64,000 nucleotides of DNA from Camelus ferus (Eukaryota): contig NC_045696.1 in NCBI RefSeq assembly GCF_009834535.1, positions 73,162,001-73,226,000 of the forward strand. Direction: 5' to 3'. A program made the position numbers and the translations under genes. A model generated the notes under the pieces. It ran no database searches. It had not been told where the DNA came from and saw only the letters and a list, made by a program, of their open reading frames with translations. Below are positions 63,240 to 64,000 of this stretch, piece after piece; positions within the stretch are counted from its first letter, which is position 1, and each line of letters starts with the position of its first letter.

Positions 63240-63430
63240 GACAGGTTGTGTTTGAATCTTGCTCCACTACTCACTAACTGTGTGTCTTGGGCAGCTTATT
63301 TACACTTTCTGCATCTCTGGCTTCTCACCTATAAAGTGAGGTTAGTAACACCTACCTTCCAGGGTTCTTATAAGCATCAAATGAGTTAATATATATAAAG
63401 TGTCTGGCTGTGGCAGATCCAACATATGGG
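63240..63430 (+). mobile_element. MIR SINE
   Basis: gtttgaatcttgctccactactcactaactgtgtgtcttgggc...aaatgagttaatatatataaagtg. Confidence 0.85.
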
Positions 63431-64000
63431 TTCACCATGAATTTCATTTTCATTGGCATGGAGCTAAACTGTATTTCTCAGCTCCCCAAGACCTAGGTAA
63501 AGTCATACAACTGTCTCACCGACAGAAGGTAAAGGGAAGTGTTATGTCACTTATAGGCTGGGGCAGGAAAGAGTCCTCTCTATTCCACAGTCACTGCTAG
63601 AAGCGAGAGACTCTGAGATGTCACAGTTACTAAATGGAAGGAAAGTGTTTTCCTGAATTATCACTTAGAGGAAAGCCACAGAGAAGAGCTACCTGACCCA
63701 TGTCAGAGTCTGCTGATATCTATCAGATGTCTTTTATTAAGAACTGGTACTTGGGGGTTTCCTGACTGCAGCAGCTAGAGTTATTTACCTTCTCCTACAT
63801 TTGCACGTGGTAAACCCTTAAGGAATAGAAGCTATGACATTATTATTGTTCACCATCAAAAGGGATGGCCAGTGTTAGCTTTGGACTTGAATAATACTTA
63901 ATAGTCATTGGCCAGATGGACTAAAACAATTTCCTGTGACTCTGAAAACTTCTCTCTATACTTCACTTAAAAATTTGTATATCCTCAGGATGATGTTCTC

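Noticed and set aside
1..64000. CRISPR array, operon or other prokaryotic or viral system
   Set aside because: No repeat-spacer arrays and no long intact ORFs. The sequence is mammalian non-coding DNA.

Overview
AT-rich, CpG-depleted mammalian genomic DNA. Two tRNA-derived SINEs of the vic-1 type and the young L1 3' ends point to a camelid (alpaca, llama or camel). I recognise no protein-coding gene, RNA gene, CRISPR array or other prokaryotic system. The only recognisable ORFs in the track are broken LINE-1 fragments and one decayed hAT transposase fragment; the rest look like chance ORFs. Transposon fossils dominate: a near full-length dead L1 (~5.35-12.3 kb), a cluster of 5'-truncated same-strand L1s (51.4-60.2 kb), many short L1 3' ends, MIR and L2 fragments, hAT-Charlie DNA transposons and one ERVL-type solo LTR. 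The repeat-poor middle (~31-50 kb) holds several motif-dense blocks that look like conserved developmental enhancers. The strongest is at ~40.7-41.6 kb and includes three back-to-back palindromes. L1 orientation and poly(A) strand bias hint that the window lies in an intron of a minus-strand transcript. I cannot support a claim of a new biological system. Repeat family names were assigned from memory of consensus sequences, and boundaries of old repeats are approximate.
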